DNA of 63,620 nucleotides, the filler included, from Chrysochromulina tobinii (lineage: Eukaryota), in assembly GCA_001275005.1 (NCBI GenBank). It is 5 parts of 5 records of this genome, joined end to end, with 100 filler letters (N's around TTAATTAATTAA, not from the genome) between each part and the next. Parts side by side here need not be neighbours in the genome. Positions count along the whole stretch, not along the records: positions 1 to 10,543 come from JWZX01001119.1; positions 10,644 to 21,812 come from JWZX01001122.1; 3 more parts are not named here. One strand, 5' to 3'. Shown piece after piece: positions 1 through 12,366 of this stretch; the first letter of the stretch is position 1, and each line of letters starts with the position of its first letter. The position numbers and the translations under genes are program-made. The notes under the pieces were generated by a model that saw only the letters and a program-made list of their open reading frames with translations, made no database searches and was not told where the DNA came from.

Positions 1-2729
1 AGCTGGATGGCGTGCGGCTCGGCGGCGGCCTGCCGAACACGACAGCGCCGCTCATCTCGATGATGCGCACGTGGTGCGGGGCAGCGCCGCCCTCGCCCTC
101 GCCGCCACTGCCGCCTTCGCCGCCCTCGCCGCCTCCGCCCTCGTTATTACCATATCCAACTGGGAGAGCACCGTTGCCGTCTCCGCCCTCGCTGCCGCCC
201 TCGCCTCCACCGCCTCCACCTTCACCGCCGCCGCCCTCGCCCTTGCCAGGTGGGTGCCCGGCTAGTTGGTACTTGGTGCCCGGCGACTGCCCCTATGTCG
301 GCACAATCAACGGTTATGGCGGTGGCCAGGTTGTAAGCCAAATGGCATGCGCTCAGTATTGCACTACACAGAGAGCAAATGGCTGCACGAGCTTTGAATG
401 GTCGGCATCAACGTCGCGATGCAATTTGAACAAGTGCAGCGCGGCGGAGACACAACAACAACCGACTTATTTAGACTTTGTGGTTTGTTTTCCGTCTTTG
501 CCGCCCTCGCCGCCCACGCCGCCCTCGCCGCCCTCGCCGCCGTGCGCCGTCAACGGCGCATACACCTTCACCGGGGCGGCGACCTCCTACTTGAGGGCCA
601 CGTCGCGCACCGGAATCGTGGGCGGGGGGCTCGGCTTCACGCTCTGCGCGTGGGTCTACCGCACGCGGACAGGCTCTTCGGGGGATCGCTTCATCGATTT
701 CGGCGACGGTGCAATGGCAGACAATGTCCTTGTGCAGTTTTGGAGCCCAATGAGGTACTTGGTGTTCCATGGGAATGCCGATTCCGGACTCTCTGCAAGC
801 CCAGCGCCGTTCCCTGCAAACGTGTGGACTCACGTCGCGGTCGTCCATTCGCGTGCGAGCCTCGCCGACACCTACGGGCCCGCCCAGATCTACTGGAATG
901 GTTTGAGCGTCGCGACGAGCGCGTCGATGCGCTTCCCGCTGCCGGTGAGCCGCTCCAACCTCTACGTGGGCAAGAGCGCTTGGTCTGCCGATCCGATGTT
1001 CACGGGCCAGATGAAGGACCTGCTGGTGTGGGACGTCGCCCTCAGCCCGGCGCAGCTGGATGGCGTGCGGCTCGGCGGCGGCCTGCCGAACACGACAGCG
1101 CCGCTCATCTCGATGATGCGCACGTGGTGCGGGGCAGCGCCACCACCACCGCCACCGTCGCCGCCACCACCCTCATGGCCCCCGTCGCCGCCGCCGTCGC
1201 CGTCGCCGCCGCCATATCCTCATACGGCGGTGACCGCGTCGGTGAGCAACACTGTCGATCTGACCAGTGCTCTCGCCAACACAGCCACCAGCCACATTGT
1301 CCTTGCCCCCGGCACTTATTACCTCAGCGCTGAGCTCAGCATCACAAGGAGCGTCTACATCGAGGCGGCAGTGGCAGGTTCGGCCGTGCTGCACGCACAA
1401 GCCAGCTACTCGAGTCAGCGTCGGGTGCTACTTATCAATCCGGGGTCGTCGGACGTGGTGCAACTAATCGGACTCAACATCACGGGGGGTTACTTCGCGA
1501 CATGGAATGCGTCAAGTTACCCGTCCAATATCCGGAATGGGGACCCTTCAGGGGGAGGGGGAGGGGGAGGGGGAGTCCTTATTCAAGGTGGCACTGCCAC
1601 ATTCACCAACGTGAATATTTATAGCAATCAAGCTGGCTATCAAGGGGGAGGTGGAGTCCTTATCCAAGGTGGGACGACCCGATTCACCAACGTGAACATC
1701 GACAGCAATCGAGCTGATGAGGGAACCGGGGGAGGTGGAGTCCGCATCACTAGCGGTGACGTGCAGATCATGCACACCAGCATCTACTTCAATGGCCCCA
1801 AAAATTATTATTGTTGCGGTGAATGGCATCAAGGCGGTGGCATCTTGATTCATGGCGGCAATGTACAGTTCACGCAGACCGACATCTACTCCAACTCAGC
1901 CGGTTATAATTATGATGGAGGTGGAGTCAGCATTCGAGGTGGCAACACCACATTCACGAACGTAATCATTCGCAATAATGGAGCTGGCAATGGCAGGGGA
2001 GGTGGCGTCTCCATCTCTAGTGGCACCGTGACGTTCACGGAGACCAATATTTACTCCAACTCATGCGAATCTAATGGCGGCGGTGTCTCGGTCAGTGGTG
2101 GTCACGTCACTTGCTCCTCGTGCACCATTTTCTCCAACACAGCTGGCAACGTTGGAGGTGGAGTCAGCCTTGAAGGTGGCACTACGACATTCATCAACGT
2201 CACCATTTCCAACAATCAAGCTGGAAATGGTGACGTGCGCTTCCCCCGTCAAGGAGGTGGCGTCTTTATCTCAGGCTCAAGCACAGTCGCCGCGCTATTG
2301 TCCAGCGGCATCCACTCAAACACAGCTTCGGGTGGGGGTGGGCCTAATGTCTATGTCTCAGGAGCTAGCGTCTGCTCATACGCAATGAACCTCACCGGCC
2401 TCTCTGGAACAGTCTCAACTTGCTTGGCACCCCCTCCTTCGCCGCCTCCGCCCTCGCCTCCTCGAATGTTGTACACCGAAAATGGCTGCCTGTGCGCAAA
2501 TACGTGCCAGTTCGCCAATGACACCCTCTGCGACGATGGAGGTCCGCAGTCCGAATACGACGCGTGCGGATTTGGGTATGACTGTACCGACTGCGGTGTG
2601 AGATGTTTGCCACCACCGAGGCCGCCTCGACCGCCCCGTCCCTCGCCGCCGCCACCTAGCCCGCCACCACCTAGCCCGCCACCTTCACCACCACCGTCAC
2701 CTCCGCCGCCGTCGCCGCCGCCGTTGCCA

Positions 2730-2760
<31 letters not shown>

Positions 2761-5700
2761 GTTTGCCAACACCGCACTCTCCTCCCCCGCCCTCGCCGCC
2801 GCCGCCCTCGCCCACGCTCATGCCGTCCCCACCACCACCGTCGCCGCCTACGCCCTCGCTATGCACAGAAACGTGCGACTACGCCTCTGATGGTGACTGC
2901 GACGACGGCGGATCCGGGTCCGAGTATACTTCCTGCAGCCTTGGCACCGACTGCACCGACTGCGGCCCTCGAATGCCGACGCTCATGCCGCCCCCACCAC
3001 CACCACCGACCTCACCACCTCCACCGTCACCTCCTCCATCGCCACCTCCTCCATTGCCCCCACCTTCGCCCCCGCCGCCCTCACCGCCGCCCACCCCACC
3101 CGGCGGGTCGAGTGTGCTCGTCGTCTCGGCCACCTTCACCATCGCAGGCGATCCCTCCGACTTCACCGGCGCCCTCCAAGTGCAGTTCCGCACCGCCCTT
3201 GCCAGTCTGCTGGGCGTGAACATTGCCGGCATCACCATCCGCGTCACCGCGGGCAGTACCATCATTCAGACCACCATTGTGGTGCCGTCGCTCGACTCCT
3301 CTCAGACGGCTGTCTCGGTGCTCCAAGGTAACACAACCCAGCTCTCCGCCAACCTCGGCGTGACCATCACCTCCGTCAGCAGCGTGAGTACGAAGTCGCA
3401 GGTCATCGTGGCGCCCTCGCCTCCACCTCCTTCGCCTCCGCCTCCGTCACCGCCACCATCGGCTCCGCCCTCGCCTCCGCCCTCGCCTCCGCCCTCGCCT
3501 CCGCCCTCGCCTCCGCCCTCGCCGCCGCCCTCGCCGCCTCCCTCACCCCCACCTCCATCACCCCCACCTCCATCACCTCCACCATCTCCTCCGCCCTCGC
3601 CTCCGCCCTCGCCGCCGCCTTCGCCCCCACCTCCATCACCGCCTCCATCGCCGCCGCCCTCGCCGCCACCATCCCCACCACCTTCGCCTCCGCCCTCACC
3701 GCCACCATCTCCACCGCCCTCGCCACCACCCTCGCCGCCGCCGCCCTCGCCGCCGCCGCCGTCTCCGCCACCATCTCCGCCCCCACCATCTCCGCCGCCG
3801 CCCTCACCGCCACCATCTCCTCCTCCTCCTTCGCCACCGCCACCGTCACCACCGCCTTCACCGCCACCGCCATCTCCACCACCTCCGTCACCACCTCCGC
3901 CCTCGCCGCCACCCTCGCCGCCCCCTTCTCCGCCTCCATCACCACCGCCGTCACCGCCACCACCATCGCCACCGCCTCCATCGCCACCGCCACCCTCACC
4001 ACCACCCTCTCCGCCACCTCCATCGCCACCGCCGCCCTCGCCCCCACCCCCTTCGCCTCCTCCACCATCACCTCCTCCGCCATCACCTCCGCCAAGAGCA
4101 CCGCCGCCCCCTTCGCGGCCAGTGTTCCAGGAATCCGCCATTGCTGCCAACTTGCAAGCCATCGCTGGCGACGTCGACCTCGGGTCCTTGACGGGCGTTC
4201 AGTTCGAGCAGGTCGGGGACAAGGTCACCCTGGGCATCTTTGCGACGGTGACAGGTACGCTGCTCAACTTTCAGGTCGAAGTTGACATTGATCCGAGCTT
4301 CTTGCTCGCTGATACGGGCAGTGAATCTATTGGCTTCCCTAGCACAGTCGTGACCCTCAACTCACCTCCACGGCTCGTTCGAATCCTTGCTAACGAGCCT
4401 CGCTCGACGTATTCTGGTGCGAATATTCATCTTGCAACTGTGACGCTCAGTGTGGTCGGTGGCGGCGTCACGCTGATCACGGGTACTATAGTTGAGCTCA
4501 TCTCGATGTCTGTTGGCTCGCAAATTCGTGTGTCTGACAGAGCGATCGACGCTGGCACTGGGTATGCGGTGCTCGCCTTGGCTAGCTCGAGACGCCGTCT
4601 GTTCTTGCCATCCCAGACGCGCAGTCCCGAGATTGCGTTAGCCGCCCGCAACCGCCGCAGCCTTTCTCACGCCAACCACCGTCAGTCGTGCACTCCGTGC
4701 GCCGTAAATGGTACGGGCGTGCGTGGTGACGTGAACGGCGACTGCAAACTGACGTCTTTTGATGTCTTCGAGGCCTCTCAACTGTTCCTTCAGCGCGAAG
4801 CTCGAGGCCTTGCCGGAGAGGTGCCATCCGCACAGAGCAGCTTGTGCTATTGGCGACAGAAGCAGCTCGATCTTACTCTCGATGGCATCTTCTCGCTGGC
4901 GGATGTGCAATATCTCATGTACTCGATTGCCGGCAAGTACCGTTTCGCGGATGGTTTCGGGGCTCTCTGCTCCAGGCTTGCCCCAGAGCCGGGCGCCGTT
5001 CAGGACATTGTCATCAGCGTCAATATCTTTGACGACGACGGCAGCCCCAGCACCAACTTCACCACTGTCCGCATGGAAATTGCACGACCGCCAGGTGCCA
5101 TTGCAAACGTGTCCCAAGGCGTCAATCTGGGCTTCACGCCGGCAGGTAACTGGCTCACGTCGGCCACAGGTGACCCGAATGGCAACTTTGCGGTCACGAT
5201 TCGCCCATCAAACATGAATTGGTCACCCGAAACCCAGGTCTCCGTGGCCTTCATGGTGGAAACGACTGACTACTTTGGCGGCTCAGACTTGCAGCGAAAT
5301 GTGCCCTTCAAGGGCTCGAGCGAGCCGCTGTATGCACAATTCGGGTTCTCATTCGACCCGATTGCTAAATTTCCAGGTTGCCTGCCACCGCCGTCGCCAC
5401 CACCACCGAGCCCGCCACCGAGCCCCCCACCGTCGCCGCCCCCACCGTCGCCACCACCGTCACCGCCGCCCTCGCCGCCGCCCTCGCCGCCGCCCTCACC
5501 GCCGCCCTCGCCACCACCCACGCCACCACCCTCGCCGCCGCCGTCGCCGCCGCCGTCGCCGCCGCCGTCGCCGCCACCGTCGCCTCATCCCTTGCCGCCT
5601 CCACCATCTCCGCCGCTTCCTTCTCCTCCGCCGTCACCACCTCCGTCTCCACCTCCCTCACCTCCACCGTCGCCGCCACCCTCGCCCCCACCCTCGCCGC

Positions 5701-6704
5701 CCCCACCGTCTCCACCGTCTCCATCGCCTCCACCACCCTCTCCGCCGCCTCCATCGCCACCGCCATCGCCGCCACCACCACCGCCCTCTCCACCGCCGCC
5801 CTTGCCGCCGGCGATGAGCGTCGTCAGATTCACCCTCGAGCTCGCCGGCGACGTCTCCTCGTTCACCCCGAGCGTGCAGGCCCAGATACAGGTTGTGATC
5901 GCGGCTCTGGCGGGCGTCGACCCATCGGCGGTGGACGTGACGATATCGCCGGGCAGCGTCATCATCGACGTGCGCATCCAGACGTACGCGGGGACGGCGG
6001 CCTTGGTGCAGTCGACGATTGCCAGCGCGACGAGCAGCCCGAGCAGCGCAACGCTCATGCTCGCAAACGTCACCGGCGTCTCAATCACCGTGCTCGCGGT
6101 CGTGACGCCACCCTTCGTCGCAAACATCTCGCCGCCACCACCGCGTTCACCATCGCCGCCCACAACCATGCCACCCAGTTCGACTGATGCGCTGGCTGCA
6201 TCGGCAGTCGAGACGAGCGGCTCGATGGGAATCATCATCGGCGCCGTGGTTGGTGTGATTGCTGTCGTTGGCGCCTGCATCGGTGTCGCCATCGTGCTGC
6301 GCTGCAAACGTAGTCGGCGGCCCAAGCAAAGGGGGAGTGTGCAGGACCCTTCTCCGGGGATCGTCATCGAGCTCATGGCTTCACCGACAGCTTCGCCCCT
6401 CGATAGTGGCCAAAGGAATCATTTGCAACACGGCCGCCCATTCGAGTCCCCGACACCCATGAAGTCGCCTCCGCCTCCTTCCGACGACGTGCCTCCTCCT
6501 CCTCCTGAAGCGTCTCCGTACCTGACAACGGCCGACAACTCGAAAGTCGAAGCGAAGCTCGAGCGTGCCCGCGTGGCCAATCTCAAGCGTGTACACGCCG
6601 CCGTGCGAGAACGCCAGTCGTCCCGCTTTACCACCGCCGTCGAGGGAGACCAACGCTCACTTGCTTCGGACCCGCAAGGAAATCCTCCGGCCGATCGGAT
6701 TTGA
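1..6704 (+). CDS. Giant proline-rich (SPPP extensin-like) type I membrane protein, 5'-truncated. Order: PAN/apple-like, LamG/ConA-like, pectin-lyase-like beta-helix, two Cys-rich CDDGG modules, two SEA-like modules (flanking cohesin-like and dockerin-like modules), TM helix
   Basis: Frame is open from the window edge, >2230 aa. Motifs: CAQYC...CTSFEW...CNL (PAN-like); FTLCAWV...WTHVAVV...LYVGKS...FTGQMKDLLVWDVALS (LamG-3); GGGV..GG...F.N..I..N repeats; GSTII/GSVII (SEA-type); hydrophobic GIIIGAVVGVIAVVGACIGVAIVL near 6228-6299 followed by basic residues. Confidence 0.85.
3411..4115 (+). repeat. Coding low-complexity array of Ser-Pro3-4 units (further blocks at about 2610-3100 and 5385-5810)
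   Basis: Degenerate 12-15 nt units such as ccctcgcctccg translate as SPPP(P). Confidence 0.95.
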
Positions 6705-7144
6705 GTACATCGGTGTGTCTGGTGTAGCGACGGCCCTTGTTTGTGGAGTCTCTGTTTGAGTTTCGGTAGGGAGGGGTCTCTCTCGCTTGGTGTGAGCAGC
6801 GATTACAGCGACGGATGGGGGGGCGCTTGACGCTTGACGCTCCCTGCACCCTCCTCCACGCCATCCCCATCGGCCATCGACCAGCGACAGGAGCGCCCAT
6901 GCGACGCGATAGCGACGCGATCGTAGTGCCATGCGGTGCCCATGAGACGAACAAGTTACCCATGGATCGGATGGATGTGGAGATTTGTGTCCGTGACTTG
7001 TGTGCACCACGTCCACGTCTAGGCGCGTTCCGTTACCTTTGCTTCGAAACGCCTTCGTTTACCCGCCCGCGTCCGTGCCGTGACCGTGTGTATTCGCGAT
7101 TCCGCCGCAGGGGACGAACCCTCGTCCGACGTCCCCCTTGATTA

Positions 7145-10100
7145 ATGTCTTTTCCGGATAACATGGCCGCGTCGCACCCTGCTCCTGACGCTCAAATCAT
7201 CGACATGACGATCGCAACCCCTGGGAAGGACGCCTCCGACCCCAACAACAAGCCTGCACCAAAGCGCGCGCTCTTCGCGTCGCCGCCGGCGGCTGCACCC
7301 AAGACCAAAGAATCTACTCCTTCAACAACCGAGAATCCCAACACGAGAGAGTCGCACATCGTGATCATTCGTGACGGCTACCACACCAACACACCCGAAC
7401 AGCTGGTCGCGAACACCATCAAGGCGATCGATTCGGATGCGATGCTCGAGTCGCTCCTCAAGTCGAGGCCGCTAGAGATGATGCCGATGGCATTTGTCAA
7501 GATGACGACGGGGTCTCTCGACGGTACCTCAACACGTCGTCGCCAAGCTCGGTGAGAACTGCTTCAAGCCCGTCACCACCCTCGCGAAAGCCTCGTTTGA
7601 TGTTGAAGATGCCAGACTGAGGAGCAACGTAGACGTCGACCGCAGACTGCAGCTCCTCGGTGGAGACAAGCCACTTCATCTCCATTTTGATCCCGACGGG
7701 AAGACGTAGCAGGTCCGTCCCCTTCACCGTCACTTCCACCGTCTTGTTCACAGGGTACACGACCCAGCCGTCATCGCGTTCAGGTCCTTGGACTCCGAGC
7801 ACCTGGAGGGCCTCCTTGAGATCCTTCTGGAACTCAGCGAACTGCTTGTCCTGAGCGTCCTTGATGATGAGATCCGCTTCCTGCGAAACGAACTCGATGC
7901 GAAGCGCCGAGATGAGCGCGTTGATAGCGTACGGCAGTGCCCACGAAGCAAAGCCCAGGGCCATGGCGTCAGCGTAGTACTTAAACTTCTCCTTGTGGCG
8001 GTCGAGGCTTCGTTCAAAGCTCATGTCGAACTCGCCGTCCGAGCCGGTGCCGAAAAGCCCCGCGACGTACGTCATCCACGGCGCCCAGCCGGACTTATCG
8101 CCTTGCGCCAGATTGTGAATGCGCTGGTAGACGTCGAGGTAGCCGATGACCACCGTGGCGAGCGCGCCGATGCAGGCGGACTTGGGAATCACGAACATTG
8201 CTTGCGTGCCCTGCAGCCCTTCCTTCATGAAGGCGAGGTGCTTGTGCTTACGTAGTGGTGATGATCATCCCGCGTGTCGAGATGGACACGGAAGCCACCG
8301 GTCTGCTCAAGCTCATGCTGCGCATCAAGCTCCCGGCCGAGAAGGCCATCGAGAAAAAGCTGCAGATCCTCTGCAAGGACCCACGCAATGACGCTGCCGA
8401 ATTCAAGGGTATCCCGACGAAACTGGCGTCCGGAGCCGAGGTTCGCATGATCTGGTCTGGTGACCTCAGCACGGCTCGTGCTCGCAACGGTCTCAATCGC
8501 GTCGCAGCGGTCTCGGCGGAGCTCAACAACAAGTCCTCGGAGGAGATGAAGAAGCTCAAGAGCGAGCTGGAGAAGCAGATCAAGGTGAATGCCGACACGC
8601 TTCTGGAGCACGACACCAAGATCACGGCGTACACTGCTCGCATGCAGGAGCTCATGGATAAGCAGGTCACGGTGATCGCGGACATGCAGAAACAGATGGG
8701 AGACAGTGAGGCTGCTCATGTCAAATCGCTGACGGACACTGAGGCGGCGCACGCTAAGGCGCTGGCGGACACCGAGGCGTCGTTCCAGAAGCAGATGGAT
8801 GATATGCGATCGGTGATGCGGGAGCAGCAACAGATGCAGCTTGGCTTTGCGGCGGATGCGGCTCAGCTCACGCAGGCGCTCTCGTCGTTCATGGTTGGCG
8901 TCAAACAGGAGATGCTCGAGCAGAGAGCTGCGGTACAGGCCTCCGCGCTGGCGATCAAGGAGCTCAAGGATGGCTCGGCGGGGTATGTGGACGTGACCTC
9001 GGCCCTGGCACGGCGGCAGTGCGCAGTGCTGCGCGACGCTCTCACCATGCATGCACGAGTCACCGCCCTTGCCACGCTCGCACGCACAGGTCTGCTGACG
9101 ACGGCTTCTGATCCGCTCGATGGCGAGGTGCAGCTTCGCTCGGTGGAGTACCAGCGAGGTGACGGCGACCATGGGACTGGGGAAGAGGACAACTCGAGCG
9201 GCTCTAGCGGCGCCGGCACAGCGGGCAACGGGGTCATCGCTCTGGATGCGCCGACTTCAAGACCGTGCGAGGGCCGGGTGACGGGCGGCGAGATAGGCGA
9301 ACGAGGAGCTGCACACGATCGTGAGCGTGAAGCACAACCCTTCGCGGGTGAGACGGGAGGCACTTCTGGTGCCGATACTGACCGCATGAACGCATCTAGC
9401 GTGAACACGAGGGGGCCGGTAACCCTCCAGGCCGCCGGCAAGGGCAAGGACGGGAGCATGCCACGTCGACTAGAGCACGGGCCCAGCGAGCGGTATGAGG
9501 TCAACGCGCTGTGTGGGGCATTAGGCGGCATACTTTGTGTCGAGTCTATGTCTACACCTTTATCGATGGTCAAATTTCGGGAGACTATGGGGGTGCTCAG
9601 TTCAACGCGCCGAAACGGGCGCGCCAAGTTTGCGGCGAGCAGTCGGCGTTCATTCACGAGTGTAATCCATGCTGCGTGGACGGTGTTTGCCCTTCTTCTG
9701 CCTGCCTCACGATGCGACGCGAGCGGAGCGATCGCGAGATGCTGTACGACGCTGGACATACGCTATGAGGACACGCTTGGGATGCAATGCTATGATACAG
9801 CCGAGCTGCGGTGTTATGGAACGCGGCAGGGTCCCTGGCTTAGGCATGAAGGCATAAAGGCGCAGCTATCGCCGCGCTGTGCGGACGTTGAGCCCAGTTT
9901 CTGGAGCTGCACACAGTCGCTTGGTGCGGTGTTGGATCCGCGCCACCTGTGCGCTGTTTCTAATGGTCGCTCCTCAAAGCGCCTCCGTGCTTCTGCGGCA
10001 GCCTGCTCCGCCACCCTTCGTAGCGATTGCACCGCCACAGCTGTAGCATGTACCATGCCCCGCGCCGAGAGCAGCTCCTCAAACGCACCGCCCTCCCGTA

Positions 10101-10543
10101 CGCGCCTGCAGTAACCGTCCTTGACTCGAGCGTCGCCTCTGGGTAACGCTGATACGGGTCTCGTCTCACCGCGGGTTGCAAGTTTTGGAACCGCTCTGGA
10201 AAAGGTGACCCACGCGTGGTCCGAGAGCGGTTTGGACGTTCCATCCGTTGGACCGTCATGGCGAAGGGCGAAGTCCACCACCGTCCTATTCCAGAGGCTG
10301 CACTCTGCCCCAATAGTCACGGCTCCATCGAGCATGGATCCAAAGCCATCTGCATCTCCCGCCTCGGCCGCGTCTCCGCCCTTCCGAGTCCAAACGATCA
10401 GTGGCTGTGGAGAGATAGGAAGAACATATTCCGCACCTGGCTGCGAGATGTAGTTCCGAAACACCCGATCGTTGGTGCTCAACGCCGTGCGAGAAGATCG
10501 CCACGTCTCCTCCGCCACGTAATTGAAGTCGCCCACCACGATG
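7145..10543. mobile_element. Degenerate, internally rearranged non-LTR retrotransposon (LINE-like): ORF1-like coiled-coil pieces plus an APE endonuclease fragment; runs off the contig end
   Basis: Minus ORF 9814-10539 has APE motifs VGDFN, W-T, LD and LSDH. Protein-like segments 7145-7510 (+), 7510-8253 (-) and 8255-~9100 (+, coiled coil) abut each other. Confidence 0.6.
9935..10543 (-). pseudogene. AP-type endonuclease (EEP superfamily) fragment of LINE ORF2
   Basis: VGDFNYV...WTRKGG...LDGAVT...KPLSDHAWVTF. The 5' part is cut off by the contig end and no reverse transcriptase follows. Confidence 0.7.
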
Positions 10544-10643
10544 NNNNNNNNNNNNNNNNNNNNNNNNNNNNNNNNNNNNNNNNNNNNTTAATTAATTAAN
10601 NNNNNNNNNNNNNNNNNNNNNNNNNNNNNNNNNNNNNNNNNNN
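10544..10643. other. Artificial contig-joining spacer
   Basis: 44 N + TTAATTAATTAA + 44 N, identical at four places. Confidence 0.99.
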
Positions 10644-11975
10644 GCGTGTTGAGCTGTTGGCCGGAGAGGGCGTCGGGGATGTACGCGTGCTGCGCGCGCA
10701 GACAGTCAAGGTGCCACACGCGCATCGACGCAAATCCGTCGTCAGCGGGCATCGGCGGAAGCGCCACCTGCGTACCCTCAGCCGAGTCCAACTGTAGCGA
10801 CCCAAGTGTCTTCTCCAGCGCGCCGACGGTGTTTTGCACGTACTTCGTGTACAAGCCAACGACCACGGGGTGATCGCCCTTGCTCGTGAACTTGGACTTG
10901 TTGATCCGCTCAATGTCGGCAGCAACATCCAGCTCGCTCGCATGAACCTCAATGGGGGTTGCATCCGCGCCGCTGCTCAGCGCGAAGACCTTGGGCTGCA
11001 GCTTATCGAGGTGCACCCGTAGCGCGGGGTAAGCCGTCAACCTCTTGATCAGCTCCCGGCTCAGCGAATCCTCACAGCAGCACCTACGTGTGGGAGAGAG
11101 AGTGGCAGCCGCGTGAGAGGCGATCCCATCACATCTGTGCAGAAGAGGATGGGCAGCGCTCACCATCCACGTGAAAAGTACGGCGTCTCGTTGTAAAGCG
11201 TGTCGAGCCCCTCGCACAGGCCGGGCGGTGCACCCGCGTCCTTGGCCGCGACAGCAGACTCATGCGAGGTAAAGCGCACGATGGCGGGGCTGCGGCTGAG
11301 GTCGCAGCTCTCGATAGTTCCGAACCCGATGAGCGCCGCGCGTACCACGTTCTCGTCTACGTTTGAGCTCAACTTGAACAAGCAGACAACACCATCGAAC
11401 TCGGCTGGCCGGGGTGGGATCTCCTCGATCTGGAGCACGGTCGTTGCAAGGATCGACGCATACAGCTGATTCATCGCCCCCCCCTTGAGTGCAATCTCAA
11501 AGAAATCTTTCTGCTCCGGAGTCCTTGGTGCCTGATACAATGATCCAAAGTCCCAGAACAAGGCTTCGATGGCCAGCCTTGCCAGAGCGCGTCTAAGCAC
11601 GCGGATGCGCGACCCGGCCGGATCCGGATCGCCTGACATGAGCCAGCCATAGGTGAGCGCGCCGATGCTCCGATCTCCACGCTCGACGAGCGCTGCGGCC
11701 TCTTCACGGCTCAGCAGCGGCGAAGGCGAGGCCCCGCTCTTTTCCAAAGCCTCGAGCTCCTGCCGATTCGGCATCTTGAAGTTTTCCGGCTGCATCAGCA
11801 GCCACTTGACACAAAGCAACCGAATCGCACCACACATAAGGACTTGTATGACGATTTTGTCGAGCGCTGTGAGCGCTTGATGCAGCTTTGGTGGCAGCGG
11901 TGTACCGACTTGTGGAGAAATCAGCTCATCGATGTCGTCGAGGTTGGTGTCGTCCCCGTCGGCATTGGGCCGCAT
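10644..11975 (-). CDS. HET-like (heterokaryon incompatibility) domain protein with an RRM-like insertion; two exons seen, 3'-truncated
   Basis: ALTYGW..GDPDP, LFWDFGSLYQ, MNQLY, Y.SRGW|CCCE. GT-AG intron 11163-11084 (TG/gtgagc...cacgtag/G) restores RGWCCCE in frame. Start uncertain (the ORF extends to 12143). Confidence 0.7.
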
Positions 11976-12199
11976 GGGATCTCGGGATCCCGTAAGGTCA
12001 TCCTGGTCCTGCACGAAGGGCACGATTTGTGCGCCACGCTTGCTCGCGGCGCAGCCGCCCCCTCGGACGCGCACCATCCCGGTCACTCCTCCCCGTTTTC
12101 CCCACAGGGGAGTCGGCCCGGCGCCCGGCGGGGGAGCCCCCATTCACAATGAGAAAAGAGGGGCTGCATCCCGGTCGACTTCCCACATTGAGTAAACTT

Positions 12200-12240
12200 G
12201 ATTACACTGGATTACACTGGATTACACTGGATTACACTTG
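12200..12240 (+). repeat. 10-bp tandem repeat (GATTACACTG) x4 in a divergent intergenic region
   Basis: attacactgg attacactgg attacactgg attacacttg. Confidence 0.9.
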
Positions 12241-12366
12241 AGACATCTGTCGTTTACAGGGTATCAAGGACCCTGGCTGTCGTTCACGCCCCTGGACTGT
12301 GCACGGAGCAGGGGAAGCACGCGAGGAGAGGGCGGCTCCTTCTCTCGTCTCCTTGAGCGCCGCCGC

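Noticed and set aside
3302..4162. Long Gly-rich antisense ORFs (also 2351-2866, 5585-6376) and many other overlapping ORFs
   Set aside because: Shadows of Pro-rich or GC-rich coding sequence on the opposite strand or in another frame; no independent motifs.
10544..10643. TTAATTAATTAA palindrome flanked by Ns, four times
   Set aside because: Artificial stop-in-all-frames contig linker; ORFs running into it are truncated, and neighbours across it are not necessarily linked.
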